From positions 26,136 through 90,135 of the forward strand of contig JAKPAN010000118.1 of assembly GCA_029779475.1 (NCBI GenBank): DNA of 64,000 nucleotides, given 5' to 3'. Positions within the stretch are counted from its first letter, which is position 1; each line of letters opens with the position of its first letter. The notes under the pieces were generated by a model. The model was given only the letters and a program-made list of their open reading frames with translations, did not search any database and was not told the DNA's origin. Positions 8,314 to 17,281 of the stretch are shown here, piece after piece. This DNA comes from Pseudomonadota bacterium (GTDB lineage Bacteria > Pseudomonadota > Gammaproteobacteria > Xanthomonadales > Rhodanobacteraceae). The translations under genes and the position numbers were made by a program.

Positions 8314-9807
8314 TTACGAGCAGGTACCGTCCGTGGTCGTGGCGTTGGCGCAGGTGCGGCTCGCACGGTGACGGAAGACGCCGCCGTAGTTCGCGAGGAC
8401 GCCCGACGCGCCATTGTTGGCGTTGACGAGGTTGTAGGCCATAAAGCCAGTGGCCGGCAGACCATGGACAACGTCACCGTTGACGTCTGCACGCAGCTTA
8501 TGCGCGCCGCCGTCGCCGGAGGCCAGGTCGAAACGCATCCAGCCGCTGTCGCCATACGGCGGGATGTTCGACACGAGGGTCGAACCGAACACGCCCGAAA
8601 CCTTGCCGGCGTTCGCGTCAGAGCCAGCCAGGAAGCTGATGGCGTTGACTTCGTACGGCAGGGCGCTCGGATGGCTGGTCGGCGGCGAGAAGATGTCGCC
8701 AGCGGTCGTGAAGCCTTCTTCGCGATCGTACAGGGTCGGAACGACTTCGACGTTCGACTGGCCAGCGATGTTCTTGCTGAACGTCTCGACGAACGGCGCG
8801 ACGGCCGTGCTGCCAACGTAATACGGATCGACGTAGAAGCGCTTGGTCGGGAACGTGATGATCCAATCCGTCGACGCACCGATATTGGAATTCACGAGGA
8901 ACTCGTTGTACAGCGTGTCCGAAGTGAATACCGCACTGACGGCGTCGATACCTTGCGCGTAGTCGAGCGTGATCAGCTTGCCGCCGGCCGCGAAAATGTA
9001 AGCCACGGCGCCGTTGGCGACGCTGGAGTTCGACGTGTTCGCGTCCTTGAGCGACGGCGTCAGGAGGCCCGAGCTGGAGAACTTCGGAATGGACGTGAAT
9101 CCATCGATCGCATCGGCGTTGTACGTGTAGAACGTACCCTGACCACCGTTGACAATCGCTCCCGAACCGAACAGGCCGCCGGTCGGCGCACTGAGGTCGC
9201 CACCCGGATTGGTGCCCTTGGTCGGAGCGCCGCAAGCCGGCATACCACCGTTCGGCGTGCCATTCTGATCGTGCGTGACTGCGTCATCGAGATCGCTGCC
9301 CGGGATGATGTCACCCATCGAGATCAACTCGAGGTAACCTTCACGCGTGCGATCAGCGGTCTTCGGGCCCTTATCGGACAGGACCGGAGCGTACGGACCA
9401 CCCGGCGAACCATCGAACGCGGCCGTCGAGAACGGAACGCCTGTCGAGGGAATGGCCGGAGTCGTGCAGCTGTGGTCGCTGGTGTACACGGCGGCGCCAC
9501 CGGCGTCGCTGAGCTGGCTCACGCGCGCGGTCCACATGTCGTTCGGCGACAGGAACAGGTTGAAGTCGAGGACTTCACGGCTGTTGTAGCCTTCGAGGAA
9601 GCGAACCTTGACCGCCTTGCCATGCGCAGAGTCGGTATTGACGACCGACAGCAGCGTATCCTGGCCCTTGTTGACCGTGTAATACGGGTAGATGAGAACC
9701 TGGCCCAGACCATCGGGATTGAGGTCGACGGCGTTCGCCAGGCCCGCGAAGCCAGCGACGCCAGCAATGCCGGCGACGACGGCGGTCGTCAAGCTGTTCT
9801 TTTTCAT
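8314..9807 (-). CDS. Probable S-layer / major cell-surface protein (497 aa)
   Basis: AGGAG RBS; Sec signal MKKNSLTTAVVAGIAGVAGFAGLANA. N-terminal NPDGLGQVLIYPYYTV...VVNT...AVKVRFLEG.NS.EVLDFNLFLSPNDMW recalls the beta/gammaproteobacterial cell-surface (S-layer-type) protein family. Own promoter and terminator; G/S/T/A-rich. Confidence 0.7.
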   Translation of the reverse strand: MKKNSLTTAVVAGIAGVAGFAGLANAVDLNPDGLGQVLIYPYYTVNKGQDTLLSVVNTDSAHGKAVKVRFLEGYNSREVLDFNLFLSPNDMWTARVSQLSDAGGAAVYTSDHSCTTPAIPSTGVPFSTAAFDGSPGGPYAPVLSDKGPKTADRTREGYLELISMGDIIPGSDLDDAVTHDQNGTPNGGMPACGAPTKGTNPGGDLSAPTGGLFGSGAIVNGGQGTFYTYNADAIDGFTSIPKFSSSGLLTPSLKDANTSNSSVANGAVAYIFAAGGKLITLDYAQGIDAVSAVFTSDTLYNEFLVNSNIGASTDWIITFPTKRFYVDPYYVGSTAVAPFVETFSKNIAGQSNVEVVPTLYDREEGFTTAGDIFSPPTSHPSALPYEVNAISFLAGSDANAGKVSGVFGSTLVSNIPPYGDSGWMRFDLASGDGGAHKLRADVNGDVVHGLPATGFMAYNLVNANNGASGVLANYGGVFRHRASRTCANATTTDGTCS

Positions 9808-9919
9808 CGCAACACTCCTAAAAATTTTGACTACAGGGCTTTTTGCTTTACCGCCAACCCAGCTCTTTCGGTACAAAAATGCCCTTCCGGGCGAGGCAAG
9901 GTTAGGCAACAGCGCCGCC

Positions 9920-9948
9920 ATGTTAAGCGAAAGGAAAGAGGCATGCAA
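9920..9948 (-). promoter_or_regulatory. Sigma70-like promoter for the putative S-layer gene
   Basis: Minus strand TTGCAT-17 nt-TAACAT in an AT-rich intergenic region; implies a 5' UTR of about 105 nt before ATG 9807. Confidence 0.6.
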
Positions 9949-9982
9949 TCCCTTCGCGACGGCAGTTCTTTTTCCTTCCCAA

Positions 9983-10393
9983 TCAATCTCTTGGAAGAAA
10001 AAACCATTGACTGTCGACGAACAGCCACGTTTCGTTCTGGATACTGGTGACCTCGTTCGCCTTCGACATGCCGGGCAATTTCACCGCATAAGTCACGTCG
10101 AGATTGACGCTGCAGCGATCCTTGTCACATTTCTTGTCGCGGAATTTCGCAGCTTTCCATTGTACCGGCCTGTTATTCATCGACGTCGCATAGGCCTCAC
10201 GCGGCTTCGTCGCGCGATAGCCGGGCGTGAGGTAGTCGTAGGCTTTTTCCGCTTCGAGCGCGACGAGAAAATTCCAACGTTCGACGGAACGCTTGTCGAC
10301 CATGTCGGGATTGCTCTTGTCGACGCATCCGCTCACGGCGAGTACGCAGATGCTCAGGGCGAGCGACGCCAGAATCCGGATTTCAGTGTTCAC
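9983..10393 (-). CDS. Small lipoprotein of unknown function coupled to the secretin gene
   Basis: Lipobox VSGC after a hydrophobic stretch; GTG start lies within the last codons of gspD. Confidence 0.75.
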   Translation of the reverse strand: MNTEIRILASLALSICVLAVSGCVDKSNPDMVDKRSVERWNFLVALEAEKAYDYLTPGYRATKPREAYATSMNNRPVQWKAAKFRDKKCDKDRCSVNLDVTYAVKLPGMSKANEVTSIQNETWLFVDSQWFFLPRD

Positions 10394-12785
10394 TCGTAGG
10401 CTCCTGTGAGGACTTGGTGGGTTCCGTAGCGGGATAGGTTCGTGCGGGTTCTTGCGGAGCCGGCGATTGCGGCGCTGCAGGCGGCGGCGTCTGCTTGGCG
10501 CGCAGCGGCGTCAATGATTCGAATTGCTTGACGTAGTCCTCGGTGACTTGGCGCGCTTCGTCGCTGTTGTTGATGACGCGCGGGGTGATGAGGACGATGA
10601 GCTCGGTGCGGTCGGTGCTGTGTTTCGTCGAACCGAACAAGTTCTTCAGAACCGGCACCTTCCCCAATAGCGGCACGCTTGTGTTGCTGTCCTGCTTGAT
10701 CTCCTTGATGAGGCCGCCAAGCAACAGCGTCTGGCCGCTCTGTACGGCGACCGACGTCTGGATCTGCCGCTGCGCGATTTGCGGGTTGACATTCGTGCCG
10801 CTCGTGGCTCCCGGCGTGCTGACTTCCTGCTGGATATCGAGATAGACAAGTCCACCCGGATTCACGCGCGGCATGACGCTGAGTTGAACGCCCGTGTTCA
10901 GATACTGCACCGAACCGGTCAAGCCGCTGTAGTTCGTGGGCGACGTCGTGCCATTCGAATTGGTGGTCGAGCCGATCGACCCCAACCCGTTGTAATAAGT
11001 CTGCGTGACGGGTATCTGGTCGCCCACGGAAAGTGAGGCTTCCTGATTGTTGTTGACAACAAGCGATGGCGCCGACAGCGTCTTCGCTGCGCCCGAAGCT
11101 TCCAGCGCGCTGATCGCGACCTGAAATTTGCTGTTGAGGAACGAGTAGAAGAAGCTGGCCGGATTCTTGTCATCCGTCGGACTTGGCCCAGCGCCACCGA
11201 TCGTGCTGCCCGTGCGATGGTAAGGATTGGGATACAGATTGTCCGGCTCCGGCAAACCGGTACGCGGATTGTAATACCGACCACCGTTCGGCCCCTTCAT
11301 CAAATTCCCGAGCCACCACTGCACGCCGTATTGAAGCCCGTCGGTCAGCGTCACCTCAAGAATCCGCGCCTCGATCTGCACCTGCAGCGGCGGCGTGTCG
11401 AGGCGGCGGATTGCAGCCTGCATCTGCTCCCACTCGAACGGCTGCGCCATGATCATGAGCTGGTTGTTTTCTTCGATCGCGGAAATGCGGATGTCCGTTT
11501 CCTTCTTGCTCGAACCGCCCGCAGCAGGCGCGGCCTTGTTGTCGCTCACGGGCGCGGATTTTTCCTGGTTCGACTGCGGACGCAGCGAGCTGCCGTAGCT
11601 CATGCTGTTGTTGCCGAAGCCGCCATTGCCGCCCATACCGCCGAGCGTGGTCGAACGCAGGCCCTGGCCGACGCGGCCGGAGGTGGTGCTGCGACGCGAA
11701 CTGCCCGACGTGCCGAGGAAGATCTGACTGAGGTAGTCGGCGAGATCCGGCGCCTTGAGGTTCTTCACGTTGTAGACGTAAAGCTGCACCGCGTTCTCGG
11801 CGCTGCCGCGGTCGAGGCGGTACAGCCATTCCTCGGCCTGCTTGAGGTAATCGGGCTGCGGCGTGATGACGATCATCGAATTGGTTTCTTCGATCGGCAT
11901 GAATCGGAACATGCCCGCGAGCGGCGATTCGCCCTTCGCGCCGAAGAGCTGGTCGAGGTCGGGCATGAGCTTGGTCACGTCGACGTGCTGCATGTTGTAG
12001 ACGCCGATCGACATGCCCTTGAGCCAGTCGACGTCGAAGGTGTTGATGGTGCGCTGGTAGGCGTCGAGCTCGGAGGGATTGCCGGCGAGCACGAGCAGGC
12101 TGCGGTTGGGATCGATCTGCACGATCGCATCGCCCTTCGCGTACGGCTTGAGCAGCTTGGCCATCTCGACCGGCGAAATGTACTTGAGCGGGAAGATGCG
12201 CAAGCCGTAACCGGGCTGCTGGCTGACGCCGGACTGCGGCGAGAGCTTGCCGGGGATCGCGTCCTTCGATTGCAGCACGGTGTAGCGATTGCCTTCGTGC
12301 ACGAGTGCGTTGCCGGTCCACGACAAGAGCATCTCGAGCACCGGCATCGCGTCTTCGCGGCGGATCGGCTTGGACGTCGAATAGGTGACGTTGCCGCCGA
12401 CGTTCGGCGCGATCGTGTAGTTCTCCTGCAGCATGTCGCCGAGGATCGCCTTGACCACCGCCTGGATCGGCTGGTTCTCGAAATTGAACGTGACCTGGCC
12501 TTCGCCGCCGCCGCTGCGCGGCGCAGGCTGGTTCTGGAAGAACTTGGCCGTGCCCATTTCGATCTCGGGCTTGGGCGGCGGGCGATTGGCCTTCGTCTCC
12601 GGCGCGATCGCGATGCCCGAAACGGGCTCTTCCGACGTGGTCGGCGGCGCCGGCTTGAGGATTGTCTCGGCGGTGAGGACGTCGCTGTTGGCCGCATCCG
12701 GGCGCGTGGCGTCCTTCGACGGCGCGCAGCCGGCCAGCAGCGCAATGCCGAGGCTGAGCAGCAGGGTTGGCAGTCTGGATCGCAC
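10383..12785 (-). CDS. gspD: Type II secretion secretin XpsD/GspD (lipoprotein type)
   Basis: Lipobox LLAGC; N0 FNFENQPIQAVV; secretin motifs QVQIEARILEV and VPLLGKVPVLKNLF...RTELIVLITP. Confidence 0.96.
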   Translation of the reverse strand: MRSRLPTLLLSLGIALLAGCAPSKDATRPDAANSDVLTAETILKPAPPTTSEEPVSGIAIAPETKANRPPPKPEIEMGTAKFFQNQPAPRSGGGEGQVTFNFENQPIQAVVKAILGDMLQENYTIAPNVGGNVTYSTSKPIRREDAMPVLEMLLSWTGNALVHEGNRYTVLQSKDAIPGKLSPQSGVSQQPGYGLRIFPLKYISPVEMAKLLKPYAKGDAIVQIDPNRSLLVLAGNPSELDAYQRTINTFDVDWLKGMSIGVYNMQHVDVTKLMPDLDQLFGAKGESPLAGMFRFMPIEETNSMIVITPQPDYLKQAEEWLYRLDRGSAENAVQLYVYNVKNLKAPDLADYLSQIFLGTSGSSRRSTTSGRVGQGLRSTTLGGMGGNGGFGNNSMSYGSSLRPQSNQEKSAPVSDNKAAPAAGGSSKKETDIRISAIEENNQLMIMAQPFEWEQMQAAIRRLDTPPLQVQIEARILEVTLTDGLQYGVQWWLGNLMKGPNGGRYYNPRTGLPEPDNLYPNPYHRTGSTIGGAGPSPTDDKNPASFFYSFLNSKFQVAISALEASGAAKTLSAPSLVVNNNQEASLSVGDQIPVTQTYYNGLGSIGSTTNSNGTTSPTNYSGLTGSVQYLNTGVQLSVMPRVNPGGLVYLDIQQEVSTPGATSGTNVNPQIAQRQIQTSVAVQSGQTLLLGGLIKEIKQDSNTSVPLLGKVPVLKNLFGSTKHSTDRTELIVLITPRVINNSDEARQVTEDYVKQFESLTPLRAKQTPPPAAPQSPAPQEPARTYPATEPTKSSQEPTSEH

Positions 12786-12804
12786 GTGTTTTGCTCCGTT
12801 GCTA

Positions 12805-13551
12805 CTACTTCTTGTTCTTGTCGGATCCGCCCGGCGGCGGGCCGTTGCGGTTGCGTTCGGCGTCTTCGCGCATCTGGCGGCGGCGCTCTTCGATGCGCTT
12901 GGCCAGATCGCCGCCTGCGGAGGCCGGCGGCGGCGCGGGCGCGGTGCCGACGGGCGGCGTACCCGGAGGTGCGGCGACCGGGCGTCCTGCCGGCGAGCGG
13001 CCGGCGACCGGCTTGGGCTGCGGCGCCTTCGCCGCAGCCGTCGAGGTTTCCAGTTCCACTTCGCTGGTTTCGGCGGTGGCGTTGCGGAACACGGCGACGC
13101 GCGGTTTCACGTCCACCAGCGTCCACGCGGCCTGGTCGCCTTCCAGCGGCATTCCGACCTTGAGACTGACCGGGAGGTTCCGCGCCTTGTCGAGCAGCAT
13201 GGCGACGCGCACGTGGTTGACCTCGTCGATGATGACGCCGGTGAGCTGCACGTTGAGCGGATTGGACGGCGGCGCGGCATCGTCGGCGGCGGCGCCCTCC
13301 TGCGGCGAGGGCGCGCGATCCTCGTTGAACAGAGGATGCGCGTCGATCGCGGCGAACGCGCCCGCGGCCGGCATCTGCGGCGCGCGCTGGTCGATGTTCG
13401 GCAACGCCTTGGCGTCCTCGCTATCGGCCGAAGCCGCGTCCCAGTGGTAGCCGCGGCCAAGTCCCGCGTATTGCGCGACGAGCAGCAGCAACAGCACGCC
13501 GCAGGTCGCGGCGAGCGCCTGGGTCGTCAATCGGGCGGCGCGGACGTTCAT
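12805..13551 (-). CDS. gspN: T2SS protein XpsN (GspC-like/GspN)
   Basis: Single N-terminal TM, HPLFNEDRAP, LTGVII, Pro-rich tail ending RIEERRRQMR; lies between xpsM and xpsD. Confidence 0.8.
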   Translation of the reverse strand: MNVRAARLTTQALAATCGVLLLLLVAQYAGLGRGYHWDAASADSEDAKALPNIDQRAPQMPAAGAFAAIDAHPLFNEDRAPSPQEGAAADDAAPPSNPLNVQLTGVIIDEVNHVRVAMLLDKARNLPVSLKVGMPLEGDQAAWTLVDVKPRVAVFRNATAETSEVELETSTAAAKAPQPKPVAGRSPAGRPVAAPPGTPPVGTAPAPPPASAGGDLAKRIEERRRQMREDAERNRNGPPPGGSDKNKK

Positions 13552-14177
13552 GGCGTCTTGCCCGGTTGGCCGGCCTTGCCGCCAGGCTGGCGCAGGTAGC
13601 CGGAAAGATTGAAGCGCACGTCGAGCGGCGGCGTGACGGCCTTGGCGCCGGGCGGCGTGTAGGTCTGCTGCTTGTAGATCATGACCTGGTCGACGAACAG
13701 ATACGGCTTGCTGCTTTCCAGATCCTGCAGGATCGCGGCCAGCGGTTCGAGGTCGCACTTGAGCCGCGCCTGCACGGTGACGCGCTTGTAGACCTCTTCT
13801 TCGCCGCCGGAATAGCTCTGCGTGCCGTTGTTCTGGCAGCGGCTTTCGTTCTTGACGTGGTCGGTCATCGCCTGCTTGAGGCGCTGGATCAGCGCCGCCT
13901 CGGCCGCGTTGCGGTCGGCGTCGGGCAGGAAGGCCTGGTTGCCCTGCTCGTAGGCCTTGACCTCGGTGAGGCGCTTTTCGATGTCGGGCTTCTGCGCGAT
14001 CGTCTGGCTGAATTTGGCCTGCTGGTCGCGCAGGTCCTGCATGTCGCTGGAAAACTGCATCTGCGGCGCGACGAACCACCAATGCACGCCGACGAGATAC
14101 ACCAGCATGAGCACGATGAGCAGGAGCACGACGGCGAGCAGGCGGCCGTCCTTGGGCTGGAATCGAGTGGTCGCCAT
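13548..14177 (-). CDS. gspM: T2SS protein XpsM/GspM
   Basis: N-terminal TM, coiled coil, LESSKPYLFVD...LDVRFNLSGYL; operon position. Confidence 0.88.
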   Translation of the reverse strand: MATTRFQPKDGRLLAVVLLLIVLMLVYLVGVHWWFVAPQMQFSSDMQDLRDQQAKFSQTIAQKPDIEKRLTEVKAYEQGNQAFLPDADRNAAEAALIQRLKQAMTDHVKNESRCQNNGTQSYSGGEEEVYKRVTVQARLKCDLEPLAAILQDLESSKPYLFVDQVMIYKQQTYTPPGAKAVTPPLDVRFNLSGYLRQPGGKAGQPGKTP

Positions 14178-14180
14178 GCC

Positions 14181-15623
14181 TCAGGACTCCTTCAAACCCG
14201 GTCGCTGGGGATGCGTCCCGACAGCCGGCGCCGGACGCGCGGGCTCGCTTTTCGCCGGCACGGGTGCCGGTGCAGCCGTCGCCGGCTTCGGCGCCGCGGA
14301 ATTCTGCGGCGTGGAACCCGGCGTCGCCGATCGGGCAGGCGTACCTTTTCCAGCCGCAGCCTTTTCGACCGCCGGCTTGTCTGCCGCGGCTTTTTCGTGA
14401 TCCGCCTTGTCCGCAGCCGGTTTGTCCGTCGCGACCGGCTTGCCGGTGGCGCTCGCGGCGTCCTTCGCAGGCGCCGCCGCAGCCGCCTTCGCGTCGGCCT
14501 GCGGATTGCATTCCTTGAGGTCGGCGTTGATCTGGAACCGTTCCTTGCTCGTGCGCGGATCGGGCTGCACCTGCCCCTGGAAACCGGGATTGCCCAGACA
14601 CGGTGACGCGCCGAGCAGTGCGATGAGTTTGGCCGCTTCCGTCGCCTGGCCTTGCAATTGCACCTGCTTGTTCTCGATCTGCAAGCGTTCCAGATATGTG
14701 TCCAGCGGCATGCGCTGCGTGATGTCGTCGATCAGCGCTACCGTGGTCGGGCCCTTGCGCTTGCGGTCGGAGAGGAAATTCGCACCGACGATCGAATCGG
14801 TCAGCGTCTTCTTGAGCGCGGCGACCTGCTTGGCCTGCTTGCCGGCATCGTCGACTTCCGCACGCATCGCGTCGAGCGCGGCCGCGCGATTGGCGAGCGA
14901 CTCGTCCATGTTGAGCGCGAGCAGCACGATCGCTGCGGCGGCGAGACCGAGATTGAGCGGCAGGCGCAAATCGCGGCGGCGCGTGCGTTTGTCCGGCGGC
15001 AGCAGGTTGACGTGGCGGCGCGCCGCGCCGGGCGCACCCTTCCATGCATCGACGCCGTCGATCTGCGCGACGCCGCCGGGCAGCGTCGCGAGCTCTGCGT
15101 CGAGTTGCGCGCGCGGCATCAGCACGAGTTCGACCTGCGCATTGCGGCCGCTGGCGTCCTGGCCGAGCACGCGGCTGTCGAAATAGACCTGGTCGGCCTT
15201 GAACGGCGTCTGCCGATCCATCTCGAAGGCGAGCACCTGCGGCAGATTGTCGGTCGTCGCCGCGGGCAGGCTCAGCACGCGCGTGAGCACGCGGTCGCTG
15301 TCGATGCAGAACACGGTGCGCGCATTCGGGTCTTCGACTGCGTCGCGCATTTGGCGGAACTGCGCGGCCTGCGCTTCGGCCGGCAAGTCGCGCGGGATGC
15401 GCCCGTGTTCGCGGATCGCGTCGCCGCGTTCACGCCAGACGACGAAAGCGTCCGGCGCAACGCCAACCAGCAGCGATTCCGAGCGATCGGACAGGAACGC
15501 GCGCCAGCGCTCCGGAAGGCAGGCCAGCAGTTCGCGTCCCCACCACGAGAAGAATCGCGGCAGCGGCGTTTTGGCAAGGCGCGTGCGCACACGCGCGATC
15601 AGTCTGTCGACAGTCGGATTCAC
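14181..15623 (-). CDS. gspL: T2SS protein XpsL/GspL (PilN-like C domain) with Ala/Pro/Lys-rich tail
   Basis: FFSWWGRELLACLP, FEMDRQTPF and VNLLP motifs, TM, PilN-like domain. Confidence 0.9.
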   Translation of the reverse strand: MNPTVDRLIARVRTRLAKTPLPRFFSWWGRELLACLPERWRAFLSDRSESLLVGVAPDAFVVWRERGDAIREHGRIPRDLPAEAQAAQFRQMRDAVEDPNARTVFCIDSDRVLTRVLSLPAATTDNLPQVLAFEMDRQTPFKADQVYFDSRVLGQDASGRNAQVELVLMPRAQLDAELATLPGGVAQIDGVDAWKGAPGAARRHVNLLPPDKRTRRRDLRLPLNLGLAAAAIVLLALNMDESLANRAAALDAMRAEVDDAGKQAKQVAALKKTLTDSIVGANFLSDRKRKGPTTVALIDDITQRMPLDTYLERLQIENKQVQLQGQATEAAKLIALLGASPCLGNPGFQGQVQPDPRTSKERFQINADLKECNPQADAKAAAAAPAKDAASATGKPVATDKPAADKADHEKAAADKPAVEKAAAGKGTPARSATPGSTPQNSAAPKPATAAPAPVPAKSEPARPAPAVGTHPQRPGLKES

Positions 15624-15626
15624 GGC

Positions 15627-16556
15627 TCAGGAAGTTTCCCCGTCGCGCCAGCGCAGGATCACGAACGGCCTTCCGGCCGCGTTGACCCCGCCCATGCGAA
15701 TGGTGGCATCCAAGGTCGTGCTGGCGCCGTTGGGCATCTTCGCACGGGACTGGACACTATACGTGACGCCTCCACCGCCCGCCACGGCGCCGATGGAAAC
15801 ACCACAGATCGGTTCATTGGACACCGGCGCGTCGCCGGCGTTCATCGACTGGCGCTGCTGGATGATCTGCTGCGCGCATTCGGGCGTCATGTCTTTCATC
15901 GACTCGAGCGCTTCGAGCGGGGCGTACTGCGCATTGGGTGTCTGCTGCCCCGAGTAGATGGTCAGGGCCGGTTCGACCTTCGTGTACAGCTCGTAGTTCA
16001 TGCCGAGCACCTGCTGCAGCTCGGACACCGTGTTGAACGGCGCGTTGGCCGGGCCGTAGGACAGGCCCGCGCCCTTGTATTCCGATACTTCCGCGCCGTT
16101 GAGCGAGGTTTCGTCGTCCGGGTCGACCCAGTCCTTGATCGCCGCGGCGAGCGATTCGGCCTTGTCCTGCGGCACGCCCTGCGCCATGAACAAGTTGATG
16201 ATCGTGGTCGGATCGCCTTGCGCCATGCCGTTGAGGTCGATCTTGCCCGATTCGTCGGTGATGCGGACTTCGACCTGCGCCTCACCGAAGCCGAACGTGT
16301 ACGGCCGCCCGTCGCCGACCCAGCGCAACATCGGATCGGACTTGCGCAATTCATAGGCGGCGAGATTGAGGCCCGCTTCCGCCGCGTAACGCGCCTGCGT
16401 AGTGTCGAACATGTGCCGCGCCTGGATGTTCTCGGTGCGCGCGATCAGCGAGAAACTGCCGAGCAGGATCGTCAGCATCGCCACGACCCAGAGCACGAGC
16501 ACGAAGGCGAGCCCACGTTCGCGCTGCGGCGGACGCATGCGGCGGCGCGCGTTCAT
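15627..16556 (-). CDS. gspK: T2SS minor pseudopilin XpsK/GspK
   Basis: ERG-LAFVLVLWVV prepilin-like N-terminus, DESGKIDLN, ELQQVLG. Confidence 0.92.
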   Translation of the reverse strand: MNARRRMRPPQRERGLAFVLVLWVVAMLTILLGSFSLIARTENIQARHMFDTTQARYAAEAGLNLAAYELRKSDPMLRWVGDGRPYTFGFGEAQVEVRITDESGKIDLNGMAQGDPTTIINLFMAQGVPQDKAESLAAAIKDWVDPDDETSLNGAEVSEYKGAGLSYGPANAPFNTVSELQQVLGMNYELYTKVEPALTIYSGQQTPNAQYAPLEALESMKDMTPECAQQIIQQRQSMNAGDAPVSNEPICGVSIGAVAGGGGVTYSVQSRAKMPNGASTTLDATIRMGGVNAAGRPFVILRWRDGETS

Positions 16557-17281
16557 TGCGACCTCACGTTCGGCACGGCTTGCCGCAACTGCCCGCGATT
16601 GCCGCGCATGCCGGGCAAGCCGATTTGCGTTTGCCGCACCGCGCCCGCATCGAGCATGAGCGGGATGTCCATTTCCGGAAATTCCACGCCGGCCTCGGGC
16701 AGCATCCTCACGACGACGCGCACCATCACCGGCGTCACGCCCGGATCGTCCCATTGGTCCGACCAGTCGGTGAGATTGCCGTTCTCGTCGACCGTGCGGA
16801 ATTCGAATCGGCCGTCGGCGATCTGGTCGATGAGCACCGCCGGCTCCTCGTCGCCGTCCTTCGCGTTCTCGTCGTAGCCGTTGAGCATCTGGTCGGTGAA
16901 CAGCAGCTGCCGGCCACCGCGGCGATTGCCGGCGAAACTCAGCGTTTGCACGTACGGGCCGCCTTTCGACAAATAGCCCGGCATCGGCGCGACGAAGCGC
17001 ATGAAATCGCGCCGGCCGTCGAACACGAAATTGGAATTGGTGTTCTCGTCGCGCGCGAACGCGAGCGGCATGATGCGGCTAACCTGATGGCGGATGAATT
17101 CCTGCGCGACGCGCATGCGGCTCGTGCGGTCGATCGCCTGCTCGCCCGAATGCATCGCGTGCACCGCAGTGCGGATCGCGCCGACCGTGCCCGCGAGCAG
17201 CAGGCCGAGCAGCAGCAGCGCGAGCATGACTTCGAGCAGCGTGAAGCCGCGCGATGTCCGATCCGCAACGAAAGCGCGCAT
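16553..17281 (-). CDS. gspJ: T2SS minor pseudopilin XpsJ/GspJ
   Basis: RGFTLLEVMLA type IV prepilin motif; operon position. Confidence 0.9.
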   Translation of the reverse strand: MRAFVADRTSRGFTLLEVMLALLLLGLLLAGTVGAIRTAVHAMHSGEQAIDRTSRMRVAQEFIRHQVSRIMPLAFARDENTNSNFVFDGRRDFMRFVAPMPGYLSKGGPYVQTLSFAGNRRGGRQLLFTDQMLNGYDENAKDGDEEPAVLIDQIADGRFEFRTVDENGNLTDWSDQWDDPGVTPVMVRVVVRMLPEAGVEFPEMDIPLMLDAGAVRQTQIGLPGMRGNRGQLRQAVPNVRSQ

